Below are positions 11,762 through 26,889 of a stretch of DNA of 63,667 bases, piece by piece. Made by a program: the position numbers and the translations under genes. The notes beneath the pieces are model-generated. The model worked only from the letters and a program-made list of their open reading frames with translations, was not told where the DNA came from and made no database searches. Numbering within the stretch: the stretch's first letter is position 1; each line of letters begins with the position of its first letter. The DNA is from Octopus bimaculoides (Eukaryota), in the NCBI RefSeq assembly GCF_001194135.2, contig NC_068984.1, positions 85,789,777-85,853,443 of the forward strand, read 5' to 3'.

Positions 11762-13010
11762 GGAAAAAAATCTCTGAATCCATAAAATAAAGCTGGGATA
11801 GCCACATCTGGAATATTTAACAAATGATCTTTGATTCCATAAAAGAATGGGTTGGTGAAAGCTGGAAATTTTTCATTCTTATGATATGTTTGATAAATAA
11901 TTTCTGCTGACATCTCATCATCAATTTCCAGCTCTACGTAACCCATTCCTGTCCTTTCCTCTAAAACATAAGTAGTCATGTAGTTCTTCTTCAGCAAGAA
12001 GCCTGTTTTGCTCCAGCCTTTTCCTCTCATACTTTACCCCTCTATATTCCTTATTTTCCTTGCATAAAGTTCCTCCTACTCAAGGGTTGTAGTGATGCAA
12101 GCTTCATGGTCACCTCACTCATGCTGGTGGCATGAAAAAGTACCCAATACACACTGTAAAGTGGTTGGCGTTAGGAAGGGTATCCAACCAAAGAAACCAT
12201 GTCAAACAGACACTGGAGCACAATGCAGTCCTTAGGCCCATCACATCCTGACAGACTGCCTAGGATCCATGTCTGTTTTAGCATGGTTTCTAGAGCTGGA
12301 TTCCCTTCATAACATCAACCACTTTACAAAGTGTACTGGGTGTTTTTATGTAACACTGGTATGGGTGCTTTTTTGTGTGTGTGTGTGTGTGTTACGGCTT
12401 TGACATTGCATGGTAGTTGTAAATGAGTATCAGTCATGCAAGTGGTGTCCTTCATTTCCAATCTTCCATGGTCATGAAGAAATATTTCTTTGCTTGGAAA
12501 CAGAAAAATTTGCCTCGGCAAACTTCTGTTCAATCTGTGCAAGCATATAAAAGTGATTATGAAGGTGTGTGTGTATCTTTGTTTAATGTAAGTTTTTTCA
12601 TGCTGGTACATGTAGGACAGTTTGATAAGATGACTTGTCCCAGTTTTGGCTTTGTTTCTACAGCTGGATACCCTTCCTAAAACCAACAATTCTACAGTGT
12701 GTACTAAGTGCTTTCTTTTAAGACAACAACACAAGAGAGGTCACCAAATAATTTTCAAGAGAAAGGAAAGAAAGGATAGAGGAAAGTCTACCCATCTGAG
12801 TAGGAGTGTATTTAAGAGAGTGGGGGTGGCTGAGATAGAAGGGTTGTGATTTGAGCAAGAATTGTTAACAATTTCTATCAGGCATAGCCATAATGTTGTG
12901 TTATTTTATCTCATACATATAGCCATAAGGGTGTGATGTGAAAGGGATTTGGCTGCTATGCCTATCAAGTTGAGATATCATGTAGAGGCTCTATTACTAG
13001 TTCCTATATA

Positions 13011-13290
13011 CAAAGGGGTACCCAAAAGTAACCAGAAACATTCTCTGTGGGACAAACCCATTGTAGTTCAGGCTTCTGTCAGTAGAAGCCACTTGATACA
13101 ACCTCAGGTATCAGTCTGCCAACCAGCGGCATCCAGTGAAGTCGTACTGCCATGCAGTGCTTCTCCCCTGTTCGTCAATTTTTGCAATGGCTGAACAAGG
13201 GAACAGTGTGCTTCCATAAAATTCTATTTTCTGCTGGGGAAAATGGCAGCCAAAACAGTTGTCATGCTTCAAACAGCTTACGAGCTACTA
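13011..13290 (+). mobile_element. mariner 5' end remnant
   Basis: TA followed by caaaggggtacccaaaagtaaccagaa (TIR-like). Downstream frame EQCASIKFYFLLGKMAAKTVVMLQTAYE resembles the mariner transposase N-terminal HTH. Confidence 0.65.
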
Positions 13291-15559
13291 CATAGAGAAC
13301 TACCTAGCTGACTCACACACTTAATACATTACAGTGGAGCAACTATTGGAGGAGCTCTTGAAATACATTCTACATCTGAGGAATCCCCTACATAAATATC
13401 ATATAGCTTTATGAATTTTCTTACACCCTTTTGATAATAACCCACCAAAGATGGGTTCTGGGTCTATGATACAAACTTCTTATTTTAAAGTGGTTTAAAT
13501 TGAGACTTTCCATCAAAATTTCATATTAATTTTTATGTTCCAAGCACCAGCTAAATAATGACAAAGTTATTTTACATAAATCTTTGTTATTTTCGAAATT
13601 AATTGCCACAAAGGCAGTGTAGTTCAATAGAAATATGATCACAAAAGGGTTAGACATTCACAAAACTGCCCTTGGAGGGGTTGGCAGTGTTAAACCCTCC
13701 AGACAAAATAATCCTTTAGCCTTAAGCAAGAACTTGCTTTGATCAAACTCCGTGTGAAGTCATTTTTGCTGCAGGGCTTCTTTAATACATGGAGATGCTA
13801 GGATTTCCCTACATTAGGGAATATGCAGTATGTATATAATCCTTTCTACTATAGGTACAAGGCCTGAAATGTTGTTGTTAGGGGGGGGGGGTTAATAGAT
13901 TACATTGACTTCAGCAGTCCACTGGTATTTATTTTACCAACCCCGAAAGCATGAATGGTAAAGCCAACCTCAACAGAATTTGAACTTAAGACATAAAAAT
14001 GGATGAAATGCTGCTAGGCATTTTGCCCGGCATGCTAAGGATTCTGCCAGCTCACCACTTTGCTGTGTGTAAATAATAAAATTATAAATGTAGCAGGCAC
14101 ACTATGGCTATATGGTTAAGAAGTTCACTTCGAAAGCATGTGGTTAGGGGTTCAGTCCCACTGAGTAGATACTATCAGCTGGTTTCTTCTACAATGTACT
14201 GACCAATACCTTATAAGTGAATTTGGTAGGCAGAAACTGAAGAAGCCTGTCATATATAAATGTACATATATGCGAGAGAGAGTTTGTATTTCCCTTTGTC
14301 CTCATGTGTGCTCTCAGACTGTAAACAAAAAGCCTCAATGTTCATGTAATGCTTGTTTCCAGTCTTCCATGTAACAATGTTCATATTCATTGTTCAAGAG
14401 ACAGAGAGATTATTACATTATTTGGTATCCAATAGCAAAAAACTCTACCTCAACATAGTTCCATCTAATCCATGCATGAAAAAGCAATCATCACCATTGA
14501 TGACGATCATCATCATCATCATGGTGGTAAGAATTAAAGAAAATATTACTCAAAAATACATCTGCATATACTGAACCTATTCATTGTTGCTTACAGAACC
14601 CAAGAATTTTAGGGTATCCTGGTTGGGAAATACAGCAGTCATGTGGTTTGAGGGAAAACATTTGCAAGACATCAGTGATATGTGGCTGCTATATTGATCA
14701 AGTCTATCTACAATGTAGACACCTCCCCCATTGACTGTTAGATGCATATATGCACACATAAGACAGCAGAGAAAAACTGTTGTTGAATAGTTTGCATATT
14801 TGTCTTTCTTAGACACACAGTCATTGAGCTAGAGTTTGATAAAAGAAAATATTTTCCTGTTATTTAAAATGTTATTACACTACCATAGTCATCTACATTT
14901 AATATCATCAACAAATTTCAATTTATCTACCTTATAGGTAGTTTTGATAAGTACTGTGATAACATTCCACAGTTACATTATTGAAAAGGGGACTGTCATT
15001 AATCTTTCAGCATTCAGATGATACTGTCAAATGTAATACTTATTGATTCATATTGTTTTATAATTAATTATGCATTATCATGTAAGAAATCATCATCTAT
15101 TTTGATGTCCACTTTTCCAATGCATGAGTCAGATGGAGTTTATTGAGGCAGATTTTCTACAGTTGGATGCTCTTCACCTGTTTCCAAGCAAAGTAATACT
15201 TACTCATGGTCAAACATGTTTATGCAGAATATTGGAAATGAATGACATTTATTTAAAATAACCATGTGATGTTAAGACAAGGAGACATAAACATACACAC
15301 ACATACATAAATACATATACACCACAGGTTTTATTTAGTTTCTATCTACCAAATCCACTCACAGGGCTTTGATCAGCTAGAAGCTATAGTAGAAGACACA
15401 TGCCCAAGGTACCATGCAGTGAGACAACCCAAGCCATGTAGTTGGAAATCAAGCTTCTTAACCACACATCTATGCCAGCAACCACTATTATTACTGTAAA
15501 GCTATTACATTATATTAGTTAGCAGGGATGTTGTTTTACAGTTTTGTGAAAACAATTCT

Positions 15560-15745
15560 CTTCAAATCTCAAAAGTCTTCAAGGTTCTTGTAGAATACAG
15601 GATGCCACTTTTCTGTCGGTCAACAACAAAGTGAGTCTCAGTTTCAGAATCCTTCAGCCTCTCAGGTAATAGTGAGGGTGTTGTGTCAAGAGCACCAGTT
15701 ACCACAAGAACAATTGCCATCTTATTCATACACAATCTCTTCATC
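15560..15745 (-). mobile_element. C-terminal fragment of an R4/Dong-like (RLE) non-LTR retrotransposon
   Basis: KMAIVLVVTGALDTTPSLLPERLKD...QKSGILYSTRTLKTFEI matches the VxPIVxGALG...QKxxLLxTARIL tail of RLE-type elements. Confidence 0.55.
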
Positions 15746-16059
15746 TCTCAGGCTAGGTATTTATATTTTATTTCTTAATTTCTTTGGCATCCATTCTAGT
15801 ATCACATGGTATTGCAAATTCATAAACTTTACACATTTTTTGTTTTTGTGTTCTCCACAATCATATCAGTCTTTATGTAAAAAGACCATAAAATCCCATT
15901 TATTATTATTATATTTCATTTCTCAGATCTCTCGATCTTACTTGCGCCAATTAATTCTGTGAAAGTGGACAGCAACCTATTGTCAAAGGACTTACATGGC
16001 CTCTTTCTGCAAATTAAGATTTGGTACCTAGATGTTAAGCACCATGGAAGATACTTAAC

Positions 16060-16590
16060 ATTCAAGTATCAACAGAGCATTTTTTTAACATGCTCTACCA
16101 TCATGTCAATTCCAGTATGTCTGACATATTTCTCAAACTTGGTTGTTATTACTTCCAGTGCTCCTACAGCTATGGGGACGGCAGGTACTCTCTTCATTGC
16201 CAACATTCTAGCAATTTTGTCATTTAGTATATTTTTCCACTTTCAACAGCTCTTTGTTACCTACACCTGCATCCCCAGGTATGGCAATATCTATGATCTT
16301 TGCTTCCTTCTTCCTTTTATTCACTACTACAATGTCTAGTCTTCTGGTATCAATTAGAGTCACATTTGATTGTAAAGTCCCACAAGATCTTATACTCATG
16401 ATTCTCAATGACGCTTTCTGGTTCATGTTTGTAGCATTTCCATGTTCTTCCAGGACTGTACTTCTCACACAATCTCCAGTGAACAAACTTAGCTATGTTA
16501 TCATGCCTCCTTTGGGCAATTTTGCTACTTTCAGTCATACCATGTGATAATGTTTCATTTTTGTTGCCACACACCCTATATGCCCTGATG
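16060..16590 (-). mobile_element. R4/Dong-like (RLE) non-LTR retrotransposon 3' fragment
   Basis: RVCGNKNETLSH (degenerate CCHC), RRHDNIAKFVHWRLC, KILWDFTIKCD, RRLDIVVV...KIIDIAIPGD...KELLKVEKY (PD-D/E endonuclease), then ARMLAMKRVPAVPIAVGALE in a shifted frame. Confidence 0.8.
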
Positions 16591-17909
16591 CAGAACTAAG
16601 CAGTGGCTCTCACGGCTTCTAATCTTAACTGATTGGAAGTGTTATCATGTACATTGTTTTGTCTAGGTATAAAAGATGGACTACAGCAAATATTTTGCTC
16701 AATACCACAGATCTGCTTGTCAGTTGTTTAACCATAACCAGTTGAACATGTCCCTTACTGGCTGATGATATGTGCTGTGATCATGAGCAGAAGTAGCAAG
16801 GGAGCATCGTAGCCATGTGGTGAGAGGAGTTCTTTGAAGTTTGAATAATTCACCTCTGGAAACATGGGTGCTTTGTTCATCATCCTTAAAAGAACCCTTA
16901 TTCAGGGACCTTTTGAGTGGGATGGGCTACTCAACCTGAAGAAAATTATAACCTGCAAGGTCATGCAGATTTAACATCTAAAAAGAAAAACATATTGCAT
17001 GTTCATATAAGCCTCTACATGGCTGTTTGACCTATGTAAAAAAAGAAAAAGAAAAAAACAGTTCAATCTCCCACAAATCACACACATTACCATCTTAAAC
17101 AAAGGACACATTGGGTAATGTGTTCCTAAGTATACCAAGTGACAATAGTCACATGGAATATTTCAGATCATAGGTCTACTCAACCAGGCTTGGCTTGTGA
17201 TTTAACAACAAAGCACATTTAAGGCAAACACATACCTACATACACAGAAGAAATTTGGAAAAAAAAAAAAATCTAATTGTTTTAATTAAAACATTTTTCT
17301 TTTCTTTGTAACTGAAAGAGACCCCAAGGTATGAGGAGAAAAGAAGAAAAAAGAAAAGCAAAGAGAGAGAGAGAAAGAGATTTAAAATATATATAAAAAA
17401 AAAATGCATTTACAATTTACAATTTAATTCCAATTAGAAGAACTCTTATTTACATTGTCTTGTCTTTACATTGCAACATTTTTGTTCTTTCCTTCTTTTG
17501 TTTGAAAGAATATTTATTACACATATGTTATATATATACATGTAATATCATTGTGGGTTTATTTTTTGCTTTTTACATTTATATTTTTTTTCCATGTTAG
17601 AATGGCTGAGTTATCTTTATTAATTTAATTAATTATTCTTCTTCCTTCAAACTTTGCAAGAGCTTATTGTTTTGTTTGTTTTTTTTTTTTTTTAATCTTT
17701 TTTACAGTGAAATACTCCTTTCTTGCTGCTGCTAAGCACTCGACCTTGGAGTATGAATGGGATGTGCTGTTTGTCAATCACAGCACACCCAAGAAAACAA
17801 AGTTATGTGCCTTGCCCAAGGGAACACACAGGAGGTTTGAAATTGTATAATCAAAGCCAAGCCTTTAGCAAGGTTAGCTCCCATCACAGTATATGTGTGT
17901 GTCTGTATG

Positions 17910-17965
<56 letters not shown>

Positions 17966-19802
17966 AGTATATACATATGTGCACGTGTATGCATGTATGT
18001 GTGCATGGTGTGTGTGTGTCTGTGTGTGTGTGTGTATGTGGGGGAGGTATCAAAGAGAATTTCTTAAAGAGAGCTGGTGTTGTAGTTGAAGGCAAGAGTG
18101 TCAACACAGATGGTAAGCAACCAGCAAACGAGAGAGTGCCACTTTCACAAACACCAACCCTCATTCTCCTCCACCCTCCACATTCTTTTCTCAGAGTTCC
18201 AAATCCAGTTGGTTGGGATGTGATTAGGATGGCATGGTTTACTAATGCTGTGACTCCATTCCTCCATGTCTCAGATAAAATACATGCCAGTAATATACTG
18301 GAAAAACAAACCCACCACTACCAGAGAAATATAGCCTGACTATGTCCCCCCTCCCTCTCTTCCATCTTGTACATCTCGTTACCACCAGTACCACCACTGA
18401 TTAACATCACCATCACTGTATGAAGCTTCCCTCCTCTCTCTTTAACTGTTGACCACCATCACCACAACACATTTAATTGACTTCTCTGCTCCACCAAAGG
18501 CACCCATCACCAGTAGTGTATACTGAAACACACCCAACATTTATCAACCACAACCACCTCTACTCCCACATTCAGACACAAATACAGTATATAATGTGTA
18601 ATTTAACACAAGTAACTTACTTACTCAAACACAGCAAATGCTACATTAATACTAATCTATATAGCTAATTTATTAACCTTATTGAATCTATGTTATTTTA
18701 AATCTGTTTGAGATGAGAGGGTGTATGTGTGTGTGTATGCATGGAGTGAATGTTACTCTATCATCCACTTGCAATTACATCAAGCCCAGTGCTCAATTGG
18801 TACTTATTTTATTGACCCTGAAAGGATGAAAGACAAAGCTAACTATGGCAGAATTTGAACTCAGAACATAAAGCTGGAAGAACTGCTGACAAGCATTTTG
18901 TCCAGTGTGCTAATGAGTCTGCCAGTTCACTGTCTCAGATTGTAACACAGGTATAAAGACTCAAATACAGCAAAGGGGTACAGCCAGTTATATTGACACA
19001 AGCACTTGATCAGTACTACATTTTATCAACCCTGAAAGGATGAATGACAAAGATGAACTCTGTCACATTTAACATGAGAACATAACAATATAGGCCGTCA
19101 TCATCATAACTAAAATAATATTTTCACAATCCATAGGAACTTGTAACACACTTTCACTTCACTTTTGGAAGTTAGCAGGGTTAAAAACCAGTAGGAGACA
19201 AATTCTGCTGAGTAGGAAGCCAGTTTACCTGAGGCAATTCTTAAATGAAGTAAAGAGTGCGACTAAAGTGAGTAAATAACAATGTCAACATCAGCAGGAT
19301 TGCAATAATATTGTCCTAACAATGAACTTGATCAATCACAGATGCACACACATACACAAACATTCCTCCAAAATACCCAAAGTTAAGTAAGCTTTAGATA
19401 GATTGTCCATCAATGTACCCTGCAAGCCACCCATTTTACTTATACACATTCACCCAAACTGTCCAGAGCTCTAGAGCTCACTAGAAGCTGATCAAGGGAC
19501 ATAATATGCTTCATAAATTTTGAATAAACCATTCCAGAGAGAGGAGGAGAGAAATGAATGGACTAATCAAAATTGGGTTTGATGAGTTCTTTTTTAGTCT
19601 CACTTGCAATTATGGAACAATTTGTAGGCAGGTGATAGAAGATAGGTGGGTAGAAGTTTCAAAATGAAGGAAAGGGTATAATAAAGGATTGTGGGGAAAA
19701 CAACAACATTTTAGTTGACTGTGATGGTGATTACAGTAATCTTAGTTGTAGTGACAATTGAGGAAGGCAGTGGTAAAGACAAAGTGTAAAGGATGGGAGA
19801 GT

Positions 19803-19804
<2 letters not shown>

Positions 19805-19874
<70 letters not shown>
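19805..19874. repeat. Perfect (AT)35 microsatellite in the putative PI4KB 3' UTR
   Basis: 70 bp of uninterrupted AT dinucleotide. Confidence 0.95.
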
Positions 19875-19876
<2 letters not shown>

Positions 19877-20354
19877 ACCAGAGTTATTTTACAACAAATA
19901 TTAAAAAAACACTAGGCCAGGTCTAGTCAGCTGGGTAACCAGTTGAGTCTAGTTGGATGTTGTATGTTCACAGTAATGTCTACAAAATATAGATCAACAA
20001 ACAGCTGAAACAGCAGTTGTGGGAACTCAAAGAATCATTGGTGGTGATGGTGTTAGTAGTAGTGGTAAGGGAAGGCCAGATGGAAATTTGAATGGTAAGG
20101 ATTGCAACAAGAAAAAAGAAAAAGCAATAAAATGGTAAGAAAGAAGTAAAGAAAACAAAAATGGGAAAAAAGAACTTAAAAAAAAAAGATGAAAGAAAAA
20201 TATGTAAGAGTAGGGAGGAGGGGGGCATGAAACACCAAAACTGGGGTTGTCAGTCAGGAAGGAGTGATCACAATGGGGAGATAGAAGAGGGTAATTGTGG
20301 TGGTAGTGATGGGGACAGCAGATGCAGCAGGTGTGAAGATGGTGAGAAGAAGGT

Positions 20355-20588
<234 letters not shown>

Positions 20589-21748
20589 TTAAATACACAT
20601 TAAAGGTAGGCCACATTAAAAAAATGTTGGTTCATTGACTTTTAAGAAACATGTCCTGTAGGAGCTCTAAGGCAGTGATACAAGGATCAACTAGTGTACA
20701 TTTAAAAAATTTAATATTGATGCTTCCTTGTGAATGGTAGATGTATTTGATTATCTGCTCTGGAAGAGAAAATTCCAGAATGAGCAAAACATCTTTGGAA
20801 GTTTATTACCATGATATACAATACCAAGCAAAATTGGTCTGCACCTCACAATTATTACTGCAACAACATTTGCAGTATGAACCAAGAAAGCTTCTACGTT
20901 GTTGCTTGGCCTACAAGAAATAGCAACAGAATTTCCTCAACTAGCTTAAAAAGAAAGGCACACTAGATACAGACTAATGGATTTTTACAAATAATCACAG
21001 CTGGAGCACCTCTGATTACAAGCGTGCGCAATAAGATATAATTCAACATGTCTTATTGCTGAAGCAAACAAACAATGGAATCCCTATGCCATCTTTTGAT
21101 CTGCTACAAAACAGTTGCTATATTGTCTTCAAAAGAAGAACATGCTTGATATACTGAAGTTCTAGATACACTATGCCCAAATAAAGGATGGATGGTTACA
21201 GTTGAAACAAATTTGTTTGCTTGATGAGCTAACCTGGTGGTCCACAACAGCAGCAAGTTCCAAGAAACTCAAGTCCATTGCTTGGTGGAGTTTCTGAATA
21301 GCTATCACAAACTCATGAGGAAGGAAATGGTCAGGGAATTAGGAGGGTCTAACTTCATTTTTTTACCATTTTCAAGTTTCATATGACAAGAATAACAATA
21401 CTGAAATAATCTTTTTCCACAAAATTTCTTTTTTTTTTTTTCCTTTTAACATTTTTGCTCCTCAGTTCTGGCCATTTCCTTTTCCTTTATGTAATGATAA
21501 TTATTCCCAAACCCCAAACAATGCTTTGTTTAGTGTTGAACTATAATTATGTGAAAGCCTGCTAGAGGCAGAGTTAACTACATGCTTGATTTAACCCCAC
21601 CGCATGGCCCATAGTGCCTTTAGTGAACGTCCCTGCTTCTTACCACCAGTCTCGAAGATCTTGAAAAGGTCATGAGTACGGACCTTTCTCTTCTACTACA
21701 CTTGGATTTTTTTCCAATGTGTATTTTTAATCATACATATATACACTA

Positions 21749-21907
<159 letters not shown>

Positions 21908-22789
21908 CTAGAAGTAAGAGATAAAATATATATTCATATGTACACACACATACATACATTACGCAAGGACATAGAAATACTTGTGATAGTCAGCCAGCAT
22001 GCCAGATGAATCCCTATTTCTTGTTAGAACATCTATCTAGAAGGATACTCTAAGACAAAATCAGAAGCTAGTTCAGCTTCTGGTCATCCCCTAGCCAATG
22101 CTGAGCAACCACACCGAAAATGGATTTAGTAGCTGGAAACTGTATGGAAACTTGCCATATATATATGTATACATCTTGTATTTGTATTCACCACCACCAC
22201 TTGTCAACCAGTGTTGGCTTCTTTATGTTTGTGTAACTTAACAGTTCAGCAAAAGAAACTGATGGATTAAGTATCACACATAAAAAAAAAGTATTGAGGC
22301 CAATTTGTTTGACTAAACCCTTCAAGGTGGTGCTCCAGATGGCGACCGTCCAATGACTGAAACAAGTAGAAGGGTGTGTTTTAGAATGTAGATGGAGAAA
22401 CATTGTGATTGCAGTTTAAACTAAATGGCAAATTAATCCTTTTTTAAAGAAACCTCAAATAAGATGTACTGATGTGCTACAAGAAGAAATATCTACCATT
22501 TTGAATTTCAACAGCCCTCTTCATCATACAGTATCTAGTTGGCTAACTGTGCTTCAATATTAATGATTATGAGTTATCTTATTCATTGTGTCAACGAAGA
22601 GAATTCTTCCTCACACTGATATAATGTGAGGAAGAATTGCTAGAACTAGAGCAAGACACCTATGTCCCCTCTATACTTTAAATCTCTCAACTGGCCCAAA
22701 GCCAACCCTTTCAATACTACTCCCCACACCTCCCACTTTAGGGGTTCTTGTCTTGCAAGATACTTGATGATCTGGTTGGTGCTGGTGCC

Positions 22790-23310
22790 ATGTAAAAAAA
22801 CACTGGTGATGGTGCCACGTAAAAAACACTGGTGATGGTGCCACGTAAAAAACACTGGTGATGGTGCCACGTAAAAACACTGGTGATGGTGCCACGTAAA
22901 AACACTGGTGATGGTGCCACGTAAAAAGCACTGGTGATGGTGCCACGTAAAAAACACTGGTGATGGTGCCACGTAAAAAGCACTGGTGATGGTGCCACGT
23001 AAAAAGCACTGGTGATGGTGCCACGTAAAAAACACTGGTGATTGTGCCACGTAAAATGCATTGGTGATTGTGCCACATAAAAAGCACTGGTGATAGTTCT
23101 ACGTAAAAAGCACTGGTGATTCTGCCACGTAGAAAGCACTGTTGATTGCACCCTGTAAAAAGCACTGGTGATGGTGTCACATAAAAAGCACTGGTGATGG
23201 TTCCACATAAAAACACCTGTGATGGTGCCACATAAAACACACTGGTGAGGGTGCCACATAAAACGCACTGGTGATGATGCTACATAAACAGCACTAGTGA
23301 TGGTGTCAAA
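22790..23310. repeat. 26-bp minisatellite, about 20 copies (cactggtgatggtgccacgtaaaaa[a/g])
   Basis: Units start at 22801, 22827, 22853, 22878, 22903, 22929 and so on to 23292. Left copies are near-identical and right copies degenerate. Confidence 0.95.
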
Positions 23311-23314
23311 CTAT

Positions 23315-23470
23315 AAGATGGTTGGCATTAGGGAAAGCATCTAGCCATAGAAACCAGGTCAAAACAGATTATGGAACCTGGTGCAACTGCTGACTTTGCC
23401 AGCTGACTGCCCAACTGTCCAACCCAAGCCAGCATCGAAAACAGATCTTAAATTATGATGATGATGATGA
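23315..23470 (+). mobile_element. SINE/LINE-tail repeat (family B) ending in (GAT)n
   Basis: ggttggcattagggaaagcatctagcc...tgtccaacccaagccagcat...gatgatgatgatga; the same tail occurs at 23570-23720 and 25100-25260. Confidence 0.7.
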
Positions 23471-23977
23471 GAGCAGATGAGATACTGGCTAGAGAAAAGA
23501 ATGATAACCTTGTACTTCTTCTCTGTAAATTATTTTGAATATATCCATTTTTAGGTAGAAAAGATCCACTCTGTAAGGTGGTTGGTGTTAGGAAAGGCAT
23601 CCAGCTGTAAAAACCCTGCCAAAACAGACAGTGAAGCCTGGTGCAGTCTTCTGCCTAGCCAGCCCCTGTCAAACTGTTCAACTCATGCCGGCATGGAAAA
23701 TGGACGTTAAATGATGATGAAGTTAACCTGTTTGAATTATACCTTTGATGTGTAAGAAAATCATCTTCACAATCATTTTGCTTAATTTGTAAAATTATCC
23801 TTCACAGGAATCCTTTCATGTTACCAATGGCAATATGAAGCAAAAGACAGAAACTTCCAACAGACATACCAAAGAGGCACACAAAAGACATCAGAGTTTT
23901 TATTCCAACTTCAATGCTACAATAAATTCAATAAACTAGACCAAAAAAGTAACAAGGATAGATAACCGCAAACATCA

Positions 23978-24154
<177 letters not shown>

Positions 24155-24789
24155 TCAATTTTCAGAGAAAAACTTTAAAAACTTCACATATAAAATATCT
24201 TTAATTCCCCCGTTACCCACCACCATATTCCTATGTGATTGCTTGACCTGTTAGAAATTGCAGCTCCATAACAGTTGCAAATAATAAACCCCAAAAGGTT
24301 GCTCCACTCGAAAGAAATAGAAAATACAAGCAAAACCCTATCATCTTAAAAGAAGGGAACATTGGCTAATGTACTCTGTAGTACACTATGCCTGAAAAGG
24401 TAAAAAAAAAATAGAAGCAAGATGGTCACAACTGGATTACTTTTGATCTAAAGTCTGTTCACTCAAGGCTGACTTGGGACTAAACAACCACAAGACACAG
24501 GCACATACACACCCTATAGTCTTCTGTCAATCAAACCTAAATTATCTGCATAAATCACAATTAAATAATTAAAGTAAGGCTACACAATCATCATCATCAT
24601 CAATAACCTATTAATGTTGTTATTCTATGCTGTTCTGAGTAAGATGGGTCCAATGAGAACATTAACACTTGATCCTAAATGTGACCAAATGAGAAGAGTC
24701 ACCATATTAAGTACCAACAGCACTGTAAATATCAAGTGATTTGTTATTGCTTGCCTTGGATCAGCTTTGACTGAGCAGACCAATCAGCA

Positions 24790-25260
24790 ACGGTATTCCA
24801 GCTGTGTCCATCTTGTGTTCTTTTTAACCGTTCGTCTCCTTCATTGGACACGAAACTCAGCTTGCGAAGACCTGTTGGGGCAAACGAAAGCGAAATCGTG
24901 ATGGCACCTGTGCCCAGCGTCGCCTTTCTGGCACTTGTGCCCGTGACATGTGTAAGGATTTTCGAGCGAGATCGTTGCCAGTGCCCCTGGACTAGCTCTT
25001 GTGCGGGTGGCACATAAAATACACCATTTTGAGCGTGGCCGTTGCCAGTACCACCTGACTGGCCTTCGTGCCGGTGGCACGTAAAAGCACCCACTACATT
25101 CTCGGAGTGGTTGGCGTTAGGAAGGGCATCCAGCTGTAGAAACTCTGCCAAATCAGATTGGAGCCTGGTGTAGCCATCTGGTTTCACCAGTCCTCAGTCA
25201 AATCGTCCAACCCATGCTAGCATAGAAAGCGGACGTAAAACGATGATGATGATGATGATT
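24790..25260 (+). mobile_element. Relatively young family-B retro-repeat with internal ggtggcac(g/a)taaaa repeats
   Basis: CpG-retaining; ggtggcacgtaaaagcacccactac...gagtggttggcgttaggaagggcatccagctgtagaaac...ccaacccatgctagcat and a (GAT)n tail. Confidence 0.75.
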
Positions 25261-26134
25261 CCAATAATGATGTTAAATATCTACTAAAAATGGAATTGAT
25301 ATTTTCAACAAGTCATGTTGCCTCAAAAAATTTGACATTACTCAACAAAAGATAGATTGCTATATAAACCTGCTTTCTGCAGTAAAAGGGTTAAGCATGT
25401 AGGGTGCAATTTGAGGGCAATTTGGCAGCTCTGTCTGATAGGCTGAACAACCATATGCAGGCACCCTCAAGTAATTTATTATCTGCAGTGCTGAATTCAA
25501 ATACTTCTTCACACTTGGAGAAGACAAGTTACTTCAGTGTATAACTCCCCCAAGAAGGATCTTCAGTGGTTTATTTAAGATCTAATATGGTTATAAGTCT
25601 AACATTCACCATTCTAACTTTCTAAAATTGATAGCAATTAGTATCAGCAAAAATTATACAGTAAAGTTTGTGAGTTTGGATAAATTCAAATCCTGTGAAA
25701 AGAAGAGGATTTTGATATCTCAAAATTATGCTTCTCACCTTAGAGAAAGAGAGAATTTTTCATTACTCAGGTAAAGGATAACTTCTAAAACGTCTCCCAC
25801 AGGTATATGCATGCATGTACCTAAACTCAAAATTTCTATGAGCCGTTCTAATTACCATAAGCTCCAATTATTTCTCAATAAATCACTTCTAGCTACAATG
25901 TTTTAGTTAAAGGTTAACTATCATCCCAAATATTATCAGTAGTTTCCATAGCTACCTTAGCAATCTTTCATCATCTACAGAGACAATGATATGCCAACCC
26001 ATACAGATCACGATGTGATAATCCACAGAGGCCATTACATGTAGTAACCCATAGAGACCATGGTGTTGTAATTCACAGAAAGCGTAGTTGATAACCCATA
26101 ATATAGTAATCCATTGAGATCATCATGCAACTCA

Positions 26135-26461
<327 letters not shown>

Positions 26462-26889
26462 TCACACAAAGTTCAAAACCAACATTGCAACCAGGAACTA
26501 TGAACACTAAGGTTGTGTTTAAATGATCTGTGAAAATGTATGTTGGTCAAGAGAAGGAAGATAATTTTATATATATGCATATCAAGGGACATTAAAATAA
26601 TGCTGTTACATACTGTCATGGTTTTGATATCTACTTATATCAATCTACCCTTCATTTAACATCTCTTCACAATTTTTATTTATTTAACATCATGTTCTGT
26701 GAGCAATAACATCATAGGTTATTGATTTTCATTGGGTCAATAACTGGTTTATAACATTTACAATGGCAAGACTGAGAAATGATTGCCTGTGCCAGTGGGT
26801 GTCATGAATAGCACAAGGGAGTCATTCACATACACTGGTTTTCCTCACAGTATTTACATCTCCTACAGAAATATATCATCAAAAGATAT

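Noticed and set aside
11668-12030. 120-aa - strand ORF
   Set aside because: No recognisable domain or splice context, and its C-terminal third is SINE sequence.
22646-23268. Three overlapping repetitive ORFs and a CRISPR-like appearance
   Set aside because: Translation of a head-to-tail 26-bp minisatellite. There are no unique spacers or cas genes, and the context is eukaryotic.
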